The position numbers were made by a program, and so were the translations under genes. Below are positions 9,956 through 20,200 of a stretch of DNA of 64,000 nucleotides, one piece after another. The DNA comes from Candidatus Heimdallarchaeota archaeon (GTDB lineage: Archaea > Asgardarchaeota > Heimdallarchaeia > JABLTI01), in assembly GCA_018238155.1 (NCBI GenBank), contig JABCTZ010000019.1, positions 96,001 to 160,000 on the forward strand, written 5' to 3'. The notes under the pieces were generated by a model. That model was not told the origin of the DNA, did no database searches, and was given only the letters and a program-made list of their open reading frames with translations. How positions within the stretch are numbered: the stretch's first letter is position 1; each line of letters begins with the position of its first letter.

Positions 9956-11179
9956 ATGACAGGTGTTTTACCTTTGACAGAGGAAATTTTCAAAAAAAGC
10001 GTCACTAGTTTAGAAGAAGCATATTCCATATTAATTAATGGGGAATCTAATTCCAGCCAAGAAGCAGAATTACGAATATCTATAATTGATATTTTATCTT
10101 CTTTGGATGTTTCATTAATAAGCGAGAAAGAAAAAAACAACGAATTCATTGAATTTCTTAATTCTACAAGGGATAAGGTACTTGAATGGAACCCACATAA
10201 TCAATGGTTTAGACATCAAAAGCAATTAACTGAAATTGTGTACAAAGTTATTGTACAAGCTAAAAACGTAGTATTTACAAGAGCTGATGCTTCTGAAGCA
10301 TCTAAAATAAAAGATGAATTAGCTACACTGAAATCCGAATTAAATGATTTACGTTCACTTATGGCTAATTTAGTAAAAGAACAAACTATTGTTTCAAATT
10401 CTTCAAAAAGCGAGGAGATAAAAGATTCGACTCTTGAACAACAAACCGAACCAATAGAGAAAAAAGAAGCAGAGGAAGAACAAGATACAACAATTGATCC
10501 TCCTATTATTCTTCCAATTGAACTTGACCTTCAAAAAACAAAAGAAGACATAAATGAAGAAGAACCTCTTCCTCCTGTAATCGAATCATTAGAAAAAGAA
10601 GAAGTTTTAGAGCAAGACGAGATTTCATCATTTCAAGCAACATCTACAATCCGGAAACTCTCCGAAAAAACCTCTCCAGAGAGTGAACCTGAAACTGTAC
10701 TATCTCAAATGAGATCCATAATTACAGAAGCTGAGAAAGAAACAAAAAAACAAATTTCTTCATTTGTAGAGAAATTATCTCTAGAAGAGAATTCTCAATC
10801 TGCTGTTGAAGATGAAATTATTCTTCCTATTATTCCTGAGGAAACCTCGATAAAACAAGTACCTCTTCAATCCGAAGAACAAATTGTCTCTCAAAAATCA
10901 GATAATAAGGATTCTTTGGTGAAACCTTCTGAAGTTCTGAAGCAACAAAATTCTATTGTCAATTCTCAATCAACTGCTAGTGGGGATCCTTATATGCAAC
11001 TTCTCACTCTTGAAGCAGAAAAATATCGTTTAGAGAAAGCAATTGAAAAAAATGAAACTGACTTTCAAGAAGGATTAAAAAGTAAATTGGAATTCGATGA
11101 GAATATCCAACTTATCAATAATGAGCTAGTGACTATTAGAGAACAAATTTCCTCTCTTAGAGAGAAGCTGACTTCTTAG
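9956..11179 (+). CDS. Hypothetical protein: helical N-domain, acidic low-complexity linker, C-terminal coiled-coil hairpin
   Basis: 407-aa ORF with E/S/P-rich middle and heptad-like C-terminus. Confidence 0.7.
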   Translation: MTGVLPLTEEIFKKSVTSLEEAYSILINGESNSSQEAELRISIIDILSSLDVSLISEKEKNNEFIEFLNSTRDKVLEWNPHNQWFRHQKQLTEIVYKVIVQAKNVVFTRADASEASKIKDELATLKSELNDLRSLMANLVKEQTIVSNSSKSEEIKDSTLEQQTEPIEKKEAEEEQDTTIDPPIILPIELDLQKTKEDINEEEPLPPVIESLEKEEVLEQDEISSFQATSTIRKLSEKTSPESEPETVLSQMRSIITEAEKETKKQISSFVEKLSLEENSQSAVEDEIILPIIPEETSIKQVPLQSEEQIVSQKSDNKDSLVKPSEVLKQQNSIVNSQSTASGDPYMQLLTLEAEKYRLEKAIEKNETDFQEGLKSKLEFDENIQLINNELVTIREQISSLREKLTS

Positions 11180-11249
11180 AATTGAGTTTTCAATGAATAG
11201 CATAAGAGTCGAAATTTAATTGGTTTGTACAATTCAAAGGTTGATGAAA

Positions 11250-11684
11250 ATGAAAACTATGATAATGGAACAACAAAAAGTGCATTTGCTAAAACTGGAA
11301 AAAGGTGATGAAGTCCTTTCAAGTATTATTCACTATGTAAAAGAGCAAAAAATAGCTGGTGGTTTCCTAACAGGAATTGGTGCTCTTGAAAAAGGCAAGT
11401 ATGGTTATTTTGATGTTAGTAAGAAAAAATATCTTAATACTCCTTTTGATGAAGTTGAGGTTTTAGCTTGTAATGGAAATATTTCTATTAATAAAGACAC
11501 AAAGGAACCTATTGCCCATATTCACATTATTGTTGGTGAAGAAGATGGTAAAGCTGTTGGTGGACACCTTGTTGAAGGCTTTGTTTCAGTTACTTTAGAA
11601 ATACACTTAGTTGAAACTCGACCGGGAATTTTTAGAACAAAAGATAAAGACTTCGGATTATATTTGTTAAATCCGAAAAACTGA
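11250..11684 (+). CDS. PPC/DUF296 domain protein
   Basis: LKLEKGDEV, GIGAL, EVLACNGNIS, AHIHI, GGHL, EI motifs. Confidence 0.9.
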   Translation: MKTMIMEQQKVHLLKLEKGDEVLSSIIHYVKEQKIAGGFLTGIGALEKGKYGYFDVSKKKYLNTPFDEVEVLACNGNISINKDTKEPIAHIHIIVGEEDGKAVGGHLVEGFVSVTLEIHLVETRPGIFRTKDKDFGLYLLNPKN

Positions 11685-11707
11685 GGATTTTTCAATAATC
11701 CCAAGTT

Positions 11708-12109
11708 TTATTCATCTTTGGCGGGAATCATTTCTATTCGATATATTCCTTGCCTTCCGCTTAAAACAATTGGATCTGTTTTTTTATCTCTAAAAAGTGA
11801 ATCTAGGTTTACTTCATAAATTCCTTTTTGCCTCAATTTTATTGCTGGTATATTGTCAGTTTCTAATTCCCCTACTCTATCTTCTCCTGCTTCATCTCTT
11901 ATCAACTTTGGAATAATTTCATATTTGGTTACTGAGTAATCTTCTATTGTTTCACATAAGAATTTTGGAATTGTTTTTATTATAGCTGGTTTCTCAGAAG
12001 TTGTTGTGATGGTTTTAAACACTCTAGAGCCACACTTGGTACAACCAACAGTAAGCAGATTAGCCGTTTTTTCAAGATTAGCGTTACATTTTGCACAGAT
12101 AAATTCCAT
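11708..12109 (-). CDS. OapC/ArvC-like Zn-ribbon protein (DUF2072/COG3364)
   Basis: CAKC...LLTVGCTKCGSRVF N-terminus; IKLRQKGIYEVNLDSLF...GIYRI C-terminus. Confidence 0.75.
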   Translation of the reverse strand: MEFICAKCNANLEKTANLLTVGCTKCGSRVFKTITTTSEKPAIIKTIPKFLCETIEDYSVTKYEIIPKLIRDEAGEDRVGELETDNIPAIKLRQKGIYEVNLDSLFRDKKTDPIVLSGRQGIYRIEMIPAKDE

Positions 12110-12301
12110 GATTGATTTCCTGAGGGTTGCTCAGATGTTTTTTTCTAATATTTGGTTTCCAATCCTCATTAGAAAGATATGTGTTTAATAAAATGTAAGT
12201 TGAGATTATCAAAAGCATATATGGATGTTATCTTAAAAAACAAACAAAATCGAAAATAGTGATGAAAGAAATGATTTAGAAAGAAGAAAAAGGAAAAAGA
12301 G

Positions 12302-12847
12302 CTAAGCTTTTTCTTTATTCATTTTGTATTTCTGATATATTTTTTCTCCAACATCAATTTTCAATGAAAATGGAGTAGGCAATTTATCTCCACCCATTTT
12401 CAAGGCTCTATAAGCACTTTCTACATGTTCTGGAAAAGTATGGATTGTTACTAATGCTTGATTTGCTCTTATTCTTGCAGCAAGATCCATTGGTTTACCA
12501 AAAGAACGGCGCATACCATCCTGTAACCTATCAGCACCGGCAAAAGCCATCATTTTATTTTCACGTAAGATGTGATGGGGATATATTCTAATTATTAAGT
12601 GGTAGTTTTCAATACCTGCTTTCTTTCCCATATATCGATTGGTCATCATTCTTACAGCATCTAAAGCAACGTGTCGAACTTGGCAGGCTTCCTTGGAATA
12701 AAGGGAAACTGAAACTGGAAATGTGGCAGTTTTATTGCCAGCCTCAAAACTAGTGATTTTAGAAGCCGGAATACTTCGAACATATTTTTTACGCGTATAA
12801 GGTGGTCCTGCAATTTTTGTATAACAACGTGCGGGTCTTCTTGCCAT
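12302..12847 (-). CDS. rpl10e: 50S ribosomal protein L10e (uL16)
   Basis: MARRPARCY, YPHHILRENKM, AGADRLQDGMRRSFGKP. Start trimmed to ATG at 12847. Confidence 0.97.
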   Translation of the reverse strand: MARRPARCYTKIAGPPYTRKKYVRSIPASKITSFEAGNKTATFPVSVSLYSKEACQVRHVALDAVRMMTNRYMGKKAGIENYHLIIRIYPHHILRENKMMAFAGADRLQDGMRRSFGKPMDLAARIRANQALVTIHTFPEHVESAYRALKMGGDKLPTPFSLKIDVGEKIYQKYKMNKEKA

Positions 12848-13099
12848 GTGTATCAACTCATAATTACTTGACGAGGTGAAGCATCTTTTAAAGCTTGTCA
12901 TTTTTCAAGTAAATAGTGATAAAAATCTTGTTATTCACCAGTAAATAAAAGAACATATTTAATAATTTGACATTAGAAATTGCCTTTAAAATACTAGTAT
13001 TTAATGAAAAATATGAAAAAAAGTAAATAATCCTAAAAGCAATTCTTTTTTTAGTTAGTTGTTAAATGATTCTATATAACTAAGTAAAGGTAGAAAAAA

Positions 13100-13879
13100 A
13101 TGGTAGAATATAGATGTCCAGTTTGTAGTAAGCCCGTTTTGCCGAATTTTACATTCTGCAAATCATGTGGTGCAAGATTATCGAAAGATCTTTTTCAGAA
13201 AAGAAAAACATCTCAAGCTCGAAAAGAAATGCATTCATCTTCCATGAGTCCTGGTTCAGAGGTCGACGAATCAGCTGAAGAAATTGTCCTTGATCAAGAG
13301 ATTGTCCATGCTTTATCTATTAAAGGTCGATTAATAGTCATAGATCAAGAAATGGAAGAAATTCTAGAAGAAATTGAGAATCTTGAAGAACGAGTGAAAG
13401 TTGGTCTTATTCCAAAAGAGGATGCAAAAGAACGTGTAACTGAACTTAATAGGCGTTTTGTAGAAATCAGACTTGATAAGAAAAAGATTGCAAAAGGCAG
13501 TGCTCAAATACCTATTTTCGAGTTAATGAAGAAAAAGGATGACAGTGAAGATCATTTATTGAAGCTTGAAGGATTGAAGAAAGATAAAAGCATTAGCCAG
13601 AAAACTTATGAGAAAATGAAAGATGAATATAAGGCTACTATCTCTGATTCAGAAAAGCATATCACTACTGAAATAATTAAAATGGAACGCTGGAAAGATC
13701 AACTTAAAAAAGAACTTGGCGAGAAAAGAGAATTATTGGAAACATTATTCGTTCGGAAGTCAACAGGTGAGCTTTCTGAAAAAGAATATAACGAAGAAAA
13801 GGAAGAGCTTTCTGAAGAAATTAAGAACTGGGAAGCTGCTTATGAAGAATTGAAGAAGACACTTAGAAAATTAAAATAA
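13100..13879 (+). CDS. Zn-ribbon + CdvA-like coiled-coil protein
   Basis: CPVC...FCKSCGA N-terminus; repeated helical hairpins (LKKDKSISQKTYEKMKDEY; STGELSEKEYNEEKEEL). Confidence 0.6.
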   Translation: MVEYRCPVCSKPVLPNFTFCKSCGARLSKDLFQKRKTSQARKEMHSSSMSPGSEVDESAEEIVLDQEIVHALSIKGRLIVIDQEMEEILEEIENLEERVKVGLIPKEDAKERVTELNRRFVEIRLDKKKIAKGSAQIPIFELMKKKDDSEDHLLKLEGLKKDKSISQKTYEKMKDEYKATISDSEKHITTEIIKMERWKDQLKKELGEKRELLETLFVRKSTGELSEKEYNEEKEELSEEIKNWEAAYEELKKTLRKLK

Positions 13880-13940
13880 TTTTCTAATTTTTTATTTTTT
13901 AACTTTTTTGTAATTTTTTTAGCGATTGAGTTTCTAAGCA

Positions 13941-14663
13941 TTATTTTTTTGTCTTTGATATTTCTTCTTTTATCTCCTCTTCATCGTCATCACCAACAGT
14001 TTTAGTTTCCCATGGACCAAGTTCAATTTTCATAAAAATATCCTCTGAATTGGGACATTCAATACGCAGAGACATAGTGTGTTGGGATCTTTCAACGATT
14101 TCAGGGGTCATACATCCCTCTTCTAATTTTTCAATCAGAAATTGGATATATCTTTCTGTAAGAACATTGAGACTTCCAGCTATTAACTCTTTACCTAATT
14201 CTCCTGGAAAATACTTTACTGTTCTACCATCTCGAATAACATCGATTAATTCTGCTTCTGCTAATCGCTTAATATGGTGACGAACAGTATCATGATGAAT
14301 GCCTAACTTTTCTGCTATTTCAGTTTGATAACAACCTGAATTATTCACTATTTGATCGAAAACTTTTGCTGCAGTATTATTTTTCAATATCGCAAAAGCA
14401 CGTTCTGCTGATTCAGAACGAAGCATCTTTGGGAAAAACAGTCTCTTTCCACCAAATTTATCTGATTTGATTAGACCATCCTTTTCGAGCATTCGGAGAT
14501 GCCAAGATAGTGTTCCTTGAGGTGCTGCTAAGGCACAAACAATTTCATAAAAATATGATCCTGGAGTTTCACAAACTAATTGATAAATCTCTCTTCGAAG
14601 TGGATGCATTAAAAGTGATAATCGTTTTTCACGATATTTTTTGCTGCCAGACAGAGCATTCAT
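13941..14663 (-). CDS. Double winged-helix (ArsR-like, COG3398-like) transcriptional regulator
   Basis: HPLRREIYQLV..PG...GTLSWHLRMLEKDGLI, plus second HTH QTEIAEKLGIHHDTVRHHIKRLAEAELI. Confidence 0.85.
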   Translation of the reverse strand: MNALSGSKKYREKRLSLLMHPLRREIYQLVCETPGSYFYEIVCALAAPQGTLSWHLRMLEKDGLIKSDKFGGKRLFFPKMLRSESAERAFAILKNNTAAKVFDQIVNNSGCYQTEIAEKLGIHHDTVRHHIKRLAEAELIDVIRDGRTVKYFPGELGKELIAGSLNVLTERYIQFLIEKLEEGCMTPEIVERSQHTMSLRIECPNSEDIFMKIELGPWETKTVGDDDEEEIKEEISKTKK

Positions 14664-15023
14664 ACTCCTATTTTAATTGTTATTATAGTCTCTATATTTC
14701 ATTCATCAAATTAATAACGTGCTATAATACTTATATCTTTAGGTGACCAATTTAAAGTATCAAATCATCCACATAATATTCTCCTTTAATAATTGGTTCT
14801 GTACACTTTTTTTCATCCAGTAGAGTATATTTCAAAAAAAATCTGAAAATGGTTCTTTTTTTATTGTAAAATCATTGAAAAAATCATTAAAACCGTGTGC
14901 TTACGATTAAGTTTTTAAAAGAAAATGTGTATAAGATAGTATACAAAGGTAAAACTAATAAGCAAGCAAAGGATATTTTTAATAAAGCAAATAATTTAAA
15001 ATTCTCTTGAAGGAGAGGCATTA

Positions 15024-15446
15024 ATGACAACTGAAGTAACTGTAGCAAAGATGTGTAAGCTTGAAGTAGGACAACCCATTCAACTTCCCCAGACTTTCTT
15101 AGATGCGTTGAAGCCTGAAGAAGGAAATTATGCGGTTATGATTCTCGCTCCTAGTACGAAAATTATTAGAATAATTCCTACAACTAGTGATAAAGTATAC
15201 AAAGTAGGAATTGAGATTGGAAAATTAAGTCCTGACTTTTTAAAGAAAATGGGCTCTCTTTTCATGAAAGCGGGTATAAAAACATTATATTCCACTGGAT
15301 TATGTTTCACTCAAGAAAGCTGTGTCTATGAAGGTTATATTGACTCCAAAGAATTCAAAAATGTCAATATGGAAACCATCAAAGAAGAGCTAACTGATAT
15401 AGATGGTGTATCAAAAGTTGATATCTCAACTCTAGAGATACCATAA
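15024..15446 (+). CDS. AbrB-like + ACT-domain putative regulator
   Basis: IQLPQTFLDAL (AbrB-like) followed by an ACT-like region ending IKEELTDIDGVSKVDI; GGAGAGG SD motif. Confidence 0.55.
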   Translation: MTTEVTVAKMCKLEVGQPIQLPQTFLDALKPEEGNYAVMILAPSTKIIRIIPTTSDKVYKVGIEIGKLSPDFLKKMGSLFMKAGIKTLYSTGLCFTQESCVYEGYIDSKEFKNVNMETIKEELTDIDGVSKVDISTLEIP

Positions 15447-15532
15447 GGGTTATTTGTTTAACCCTATCTTTATAATTTCTTTTACTCAAAGAATCTAATT
15501 ACCTTATAAAATACCATTTTTTTTTCTATTAA

Positions 15533-16162
15533 TTATGATGTTAGTTTCCTCTTAGTTTTTGTTGCTGATGTTTTAGAAGGACTCTGATTTAAGCTTTCTA
15601 CAATTTCCAACATTTGTAATTCAGTTTTGGATGATAAGTCATCTATTTGATCTTTAATATTCTCCAAACTTTTTTCAACTGTTTTCATTGTTTCTTTATT
15701 TGAGCTTGTAATTTGTCTATCAAGTTGTTTCAAGGAATCACTTATTGGTTTTACTCCTTTTACTAACTCAGTTTGAATTAGTTTTCTAACTTCTCGAATT
15801 GATTCATTGGATAATCCTACTTCTGCAAGATTCCCATTGCCTGCTAATTCTGTAGCTTGTTGAACTTTGGCAATTTCCTTTCCTTGAATCTTCAAAACTT
15901 TCTTGATTTTGTTGATGTTATCATTAATTATTTCAGAAAGTATCATTTGTTGAGCTAGTATTTCTTTAAGATTTTGTAATTCCTTTTCAAGATTGGGGAT
16001 AAGTTTAGCAATATCTTTTCGTGTGTCTAGAACCTCACCGAATAATCCATCTACTACTTTATGGAAGCCTTCTACAGTTGGAACATTTCCACTTGGGGTT
16101 TTGATAGTATCAATTTTGAATTCCTGTTTCTTTTTGGAACTATTATTCATTTTTATGACCAA
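15533..16162 (-). CDS. Hypothetical coiled-coil protein
   Basis: 209-aa ORF, heptad-rich. Confidence 0.65.
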   Translation of the reverse strand: MVIKMNNSSKKKQEFKIDTIKTPSGNVPTVEGFHKVVDGLFGEVLDTRKDIAKLIPNLEKELQNLKEILAQQMILSEIINDNINKIKKVLKIQGKEIAKVQQATELAGNGNLAEVGLSNESIREVRKLIQTELVKGVKPISDSLKQLDRQITSSNKETMKTVEKSLENIKDQIDDLSSKTELQMLEIVESLNQSPSKTSATKTKRKLTS

Positions 16163-16191
16163 CTCTTTGATTCATTAAATTCAAATAATCT

Positions 16192-16536
16192 CTAAAGTTT
16201 GACTTTTTGCAAACTCTCTAAACGAAGAGTCTGTTGACAGACAGGGCATTTTCCCTTTACTCTAAGCCAATCTGAAATATGTTTTTGATGAAACATTGAT
16301 TCACACATAGGGCATTGTGTTGCATTTTGATTTCCTTTCAAGGAAAGCTTACAAATCATACAAACCGCTGGTTTTTTCTCTTCAAGAGTCCACCGACCAA
16401 TATTATTTAAAGTGAAATTCAATGCTTTGCCTGTTATTTTCTTACCATTGGTTACAGTATTAGAATCTGCTTTTGAAGTAACAAAATCAATATGTTCTCC
16501 AAGCATTTTTTCTGAATTTCCACTAATCGTGTTCAT
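16192..16536 (-). CDS. RING-finger protein (putative E3 ligase-like)
   Basis: C-terminal CMIC-x12-CPMC-x4-HQKH-ISDWL-x5-CPVC, with RING-type W and CPxC. Confidence 0.8.
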   Translation of the reverse strand: MNTISGNSEKMLGEHIDFVTSKADSNTVTNGKKITGKALNFTLNNIGRWTLEEKKPAVCMICKLSLKGNQNATQCPMCESMFHQKHISDWLRVKGKCPVCQQTLRLESLQKVKL

Positions 16537-16804
16537 ATGTCTCACAACGAAGTGATTGCTTCATACAATCTATTTTTTATTATCTATGCAAATATTAAGT
16601 ATACTTTGCTTAAAACCTTTTACAATTACCATTATTTGGTATTTCATTGAAAACATCTATTCTTCCTTTTTAAAGAGCGACTTTTTATCCGTATAATTTC
16701 TATACCTTTTTATTTGATGCCTAAACATTTCTTCTTAGTAAATAATAGTCTAGACACATAAGGTTTATTACTATCTAACTTTATGATACTTTAATATAAA
16801 GTCA

Positions 16805-17173
16805 TTGTGGGATGTTATATCATTGAGTGGCAGGGACATACATATAAGCGACGATATCAGTAAATTGATACGAAAAAGCCTTGAGGAAACAGAAATTTCT
16901 AAGGATATGGTAGTATATAGTCAAAGAACGGCATTTGTTTATGGAGAAGAAGAGAACGCAAATAAACATATTCCTATTGAAGAATACCTTCTTGATATTC
17001 TTGAAAACAAAGGGCCAATCACGCGAGGAACTTTAGTTTCTTTAACAAATATCCCTCGAACAACTTTGTACGATGTATTATCGAAAATGATCATGAAAGG
17101 ACAAATTGAGAAAAAACCATTTAGAACAGACAAACGAGGACGTCCAAAAATTCTTTTTGCAATTAAAGAATAA
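16805..17173 (+). CDS. Winged-helix (TrmB-like HTH) protein
   Basis: GPITRGTLVSLTNIPRTTLYDVLSKM...RGRPKILF. Confidence 0.75.
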   Translation: MWDVISLSGRDIHISDDISKLIRKSLEETEISKDMVVYSQRTAFVYGEEENANKHIPIEEYLLDILENKGPITRGTLVSLTNIPRTTLYDVLSKMIMKGQIEKKPFRTDKRGRPKILFAIKE

Positions 17174-17220
17174 TAAAATGATTTATTTCAAATTTTGAAA
17201 AGGAAAATGGATAGTTGTCT

Positions 17221-20200
17221 TTAGAATTCTATTGAGTCAATTTCACTTAGAAATTCCTTTAAGATATTTTCAGACACTCCATCTACTTCTATTTTTTTCA
17301 TTTTCTCCTCTTGGAGAGCTAATTCTTCGAGTTTTTTACGCTCTTGTACTGCTTCAGAATTTGAATCTACACTTTCACTTTTCACGTTTTCTTCTACTAG
17401 TGATAGAACCCAATTATCAAGTAAATCTTCATCTAATCCTTGTAAAAGATTTTTTAAAGTAGATTTTACTTCTGCAGGGGTATCTTTTGTAGGATCTTTT
17501 GAGTAAACAAGTGGGGCAATGTATTTACCTCGACGTCGTTTAGCACCTGGCACAGGTAAAATTGGTTCTTCTCTATGCTTCTTTGCTATTGCTGCTTTTC
17601 TGTGCCAAGTACCATCTTTTTTATTAAATTCGACTTGTTTTGTTGAACCTGATGCTTTTACCATCTCGAAAATATGTGCAACTTTATTTTTTGAGAGCAT
17701 CAAATAAATGATCAATTTCATACGCTCATTAGAAGAGAGTTTATCCAATGATCCCTCATTTACCTTTGCTTTTAGAACAGCTTTTTCTTCGGAAAGTAGT
17801 TTAGATTCATCAATGGAAATATCAAGTAAATCAATCATTTCTGCTGTTAATTCTTTTTTAGGAGCAAATTCTTTCTGAATCTTCTGAAAATTTCGTTGCA
17901 TTTCAAGTGGTAATTTTTCAATGATTTGATTAGATGTTCCCGCTTTTCCGAGTAACACTGCTATTGTTTTATAACAGTCTATTGTCCAGCTTTCTAATGC
18001 TCTCATAGCTCGTCCACGTAATTGTTGCCACGCTGTAACATCTCGAGTTGCGGTAGCATCAATAAGAATATCTGGTGTTCGCACATCCCATCCAGTTCTA
18101 GCCCATGCGGAAACAAATATTAATTGAATTGGTAGCTCTTCTGAATCCAAAAAATCAGATACTAGGTCGTAAATTAATTGTTTTTGCCTTCCAGAAGGCA
18201 TTTTCAAATAATAATAATCTACTAAATCACCAGTTGCAGTTTGTAAGACACCTTTATTTGCAAATTCAATTTTTCGTGCAATAATTCCATAATCGTAAAG
18301 TTTGAGAACAATATTGTCAATACGAATAGAGGGGTTTGCAATACGATCCTTTAACAGCTTTATAGAAAGATTTAGTGCGTCATCCATAACAGTCATTTCA
18401 TCAATGAAATCCCCTAAAGGTTCAAACACCTTATTTGCAAACTCCGAAAATCTGGCTCGATATACTTTTCTTAATGATTTGGCATAGGTGCTCATCAATT
18501 CTTTGAATGTTAAATACATGAAATTACTTAATTGTTCTTGGAACGGCAGTTCAAAAATCAATTCCATGAAAATTCGTTCAGTTAATTTATCAACTATAAC
18601 TTCATTTCGTACGAACTCAGCCATCATTATGTGTAACGGTTTTTCAAGTTCCGGATTAAAACTAATATACATTTCAGAAGATTGTACAGCAATTGGATTA
18701 TACTTTAATATATTGGTACTCAAACTTTGAGCAAAGCTACCTCCAACACCAGAAAACCCTGGAGAACCTATACCCGTATCATCTTCAACCTTGATAGTTC
18801 GTCCTGTATCAAATATAACTACTCCTTTCACATCTCTGATTTCTTCTTCTGCATTGATAATTGATTGGAATGTTCCCACACGTCCCTCGCCTATTTTTGT
18901 TCTAGCCCAGGTGTCTAATGTTTTGTATATTCCGACCATAGTTGAACACATAATCTTTCTAACTTTCTTTGATGTTTCCTTTCTATCTTTACTTTCTTTG
19001 CGAATATCGTAGAATGTTTTTCGTTTAGGCATTCGTTTCCCATATTTTTCACTTTTTATCATTTTTTGAAGGCTGGGGATACGAATTAATTGTTCAAGTC
19101 GCATTACTAATTGTTCTGTCTCTTCAACGATTTCTCGTGCCGCATTGGCGTGTTGAGAATTATAAGCTAATGAAATATCTGACCAGCTATTGTAGATTTG
19201 TACAGTCTGTACTAGATTCGTATCAATAAGTGATAGAGGTCTTTTTTCTCTATTTGGTGACCAGTCAAGGAATTTAGATTTTAATTTTTCATTAACCATA
19301 TCTCTTCGATAACTTTGATACATACCAAGTAATTCTTTACAAATGAATAAACGGTCATTCATGGGAATCTTTTGGAATTCCCTTCGAAGGTTATTATCTC
19401 CAAAATAATTCCATAATTGCTTCATATTCATTTTAAGCTCGTTATGCAATTCTCTGATAGCCTTTTCTCGTCCTGAATAAGCAAAAGTGACTCCTAATTC
19501 TGCTATAGGTGCAACAAATCCATGCATAACTAATTCTTTTTCTGGGACAATGTAAATGAGTTTCAATTTTAACTTCTTGAAATCTTTTTCATAAGCTTTA
19601 GCTGTACCAGAAAAACCAATGAGGTTCTCTATATGAGCTCCTTTAAAGATCTTAACTAATCGTTTAGCAACTTCGTTAGTTGCACTTCCTTCTTGTTCAA
19701 CGATTTTGTGGGCTTCATCGAAAATAACATGCCTAATACCTAACCAATTAATTAATTGTCTAAGTTCTTTTTCTTTCTTAGTTTTTGCTCCTAATACTTG
19801 AGCGAGAGAAGTATAAGTAAGAATTATTATTGGTGGAATTTCTCTTGTCTTTTGAATGAAATTTTCAAGCTGGGTAATCGTTCCAGAAAATACAAAACTT
19901 GGTGAAATCTGTAATCCAATTTCATTGAAGCAAATTGAATCTACCCATTGGGATTGATAATTTTGTGTTGGAACCAGTACTAAGATTGATTCATTGAAAC
20001 GTAACTTGCGGGTCCAATCTTGGATACACATCATTCCCATTAGTGTTTTACCTGAACCTGTTGGGGAGTCAATAATATTGCCATTATACTTTTCTCCTTT
20101 AAACATATAATAGGCTTCTAATTGGTATGGTCGAGGAATTGGAGAATTAATTATGTCTTGATGTGGAATTTTGAGAATATCTATTTTTGGTTTTTTCACC

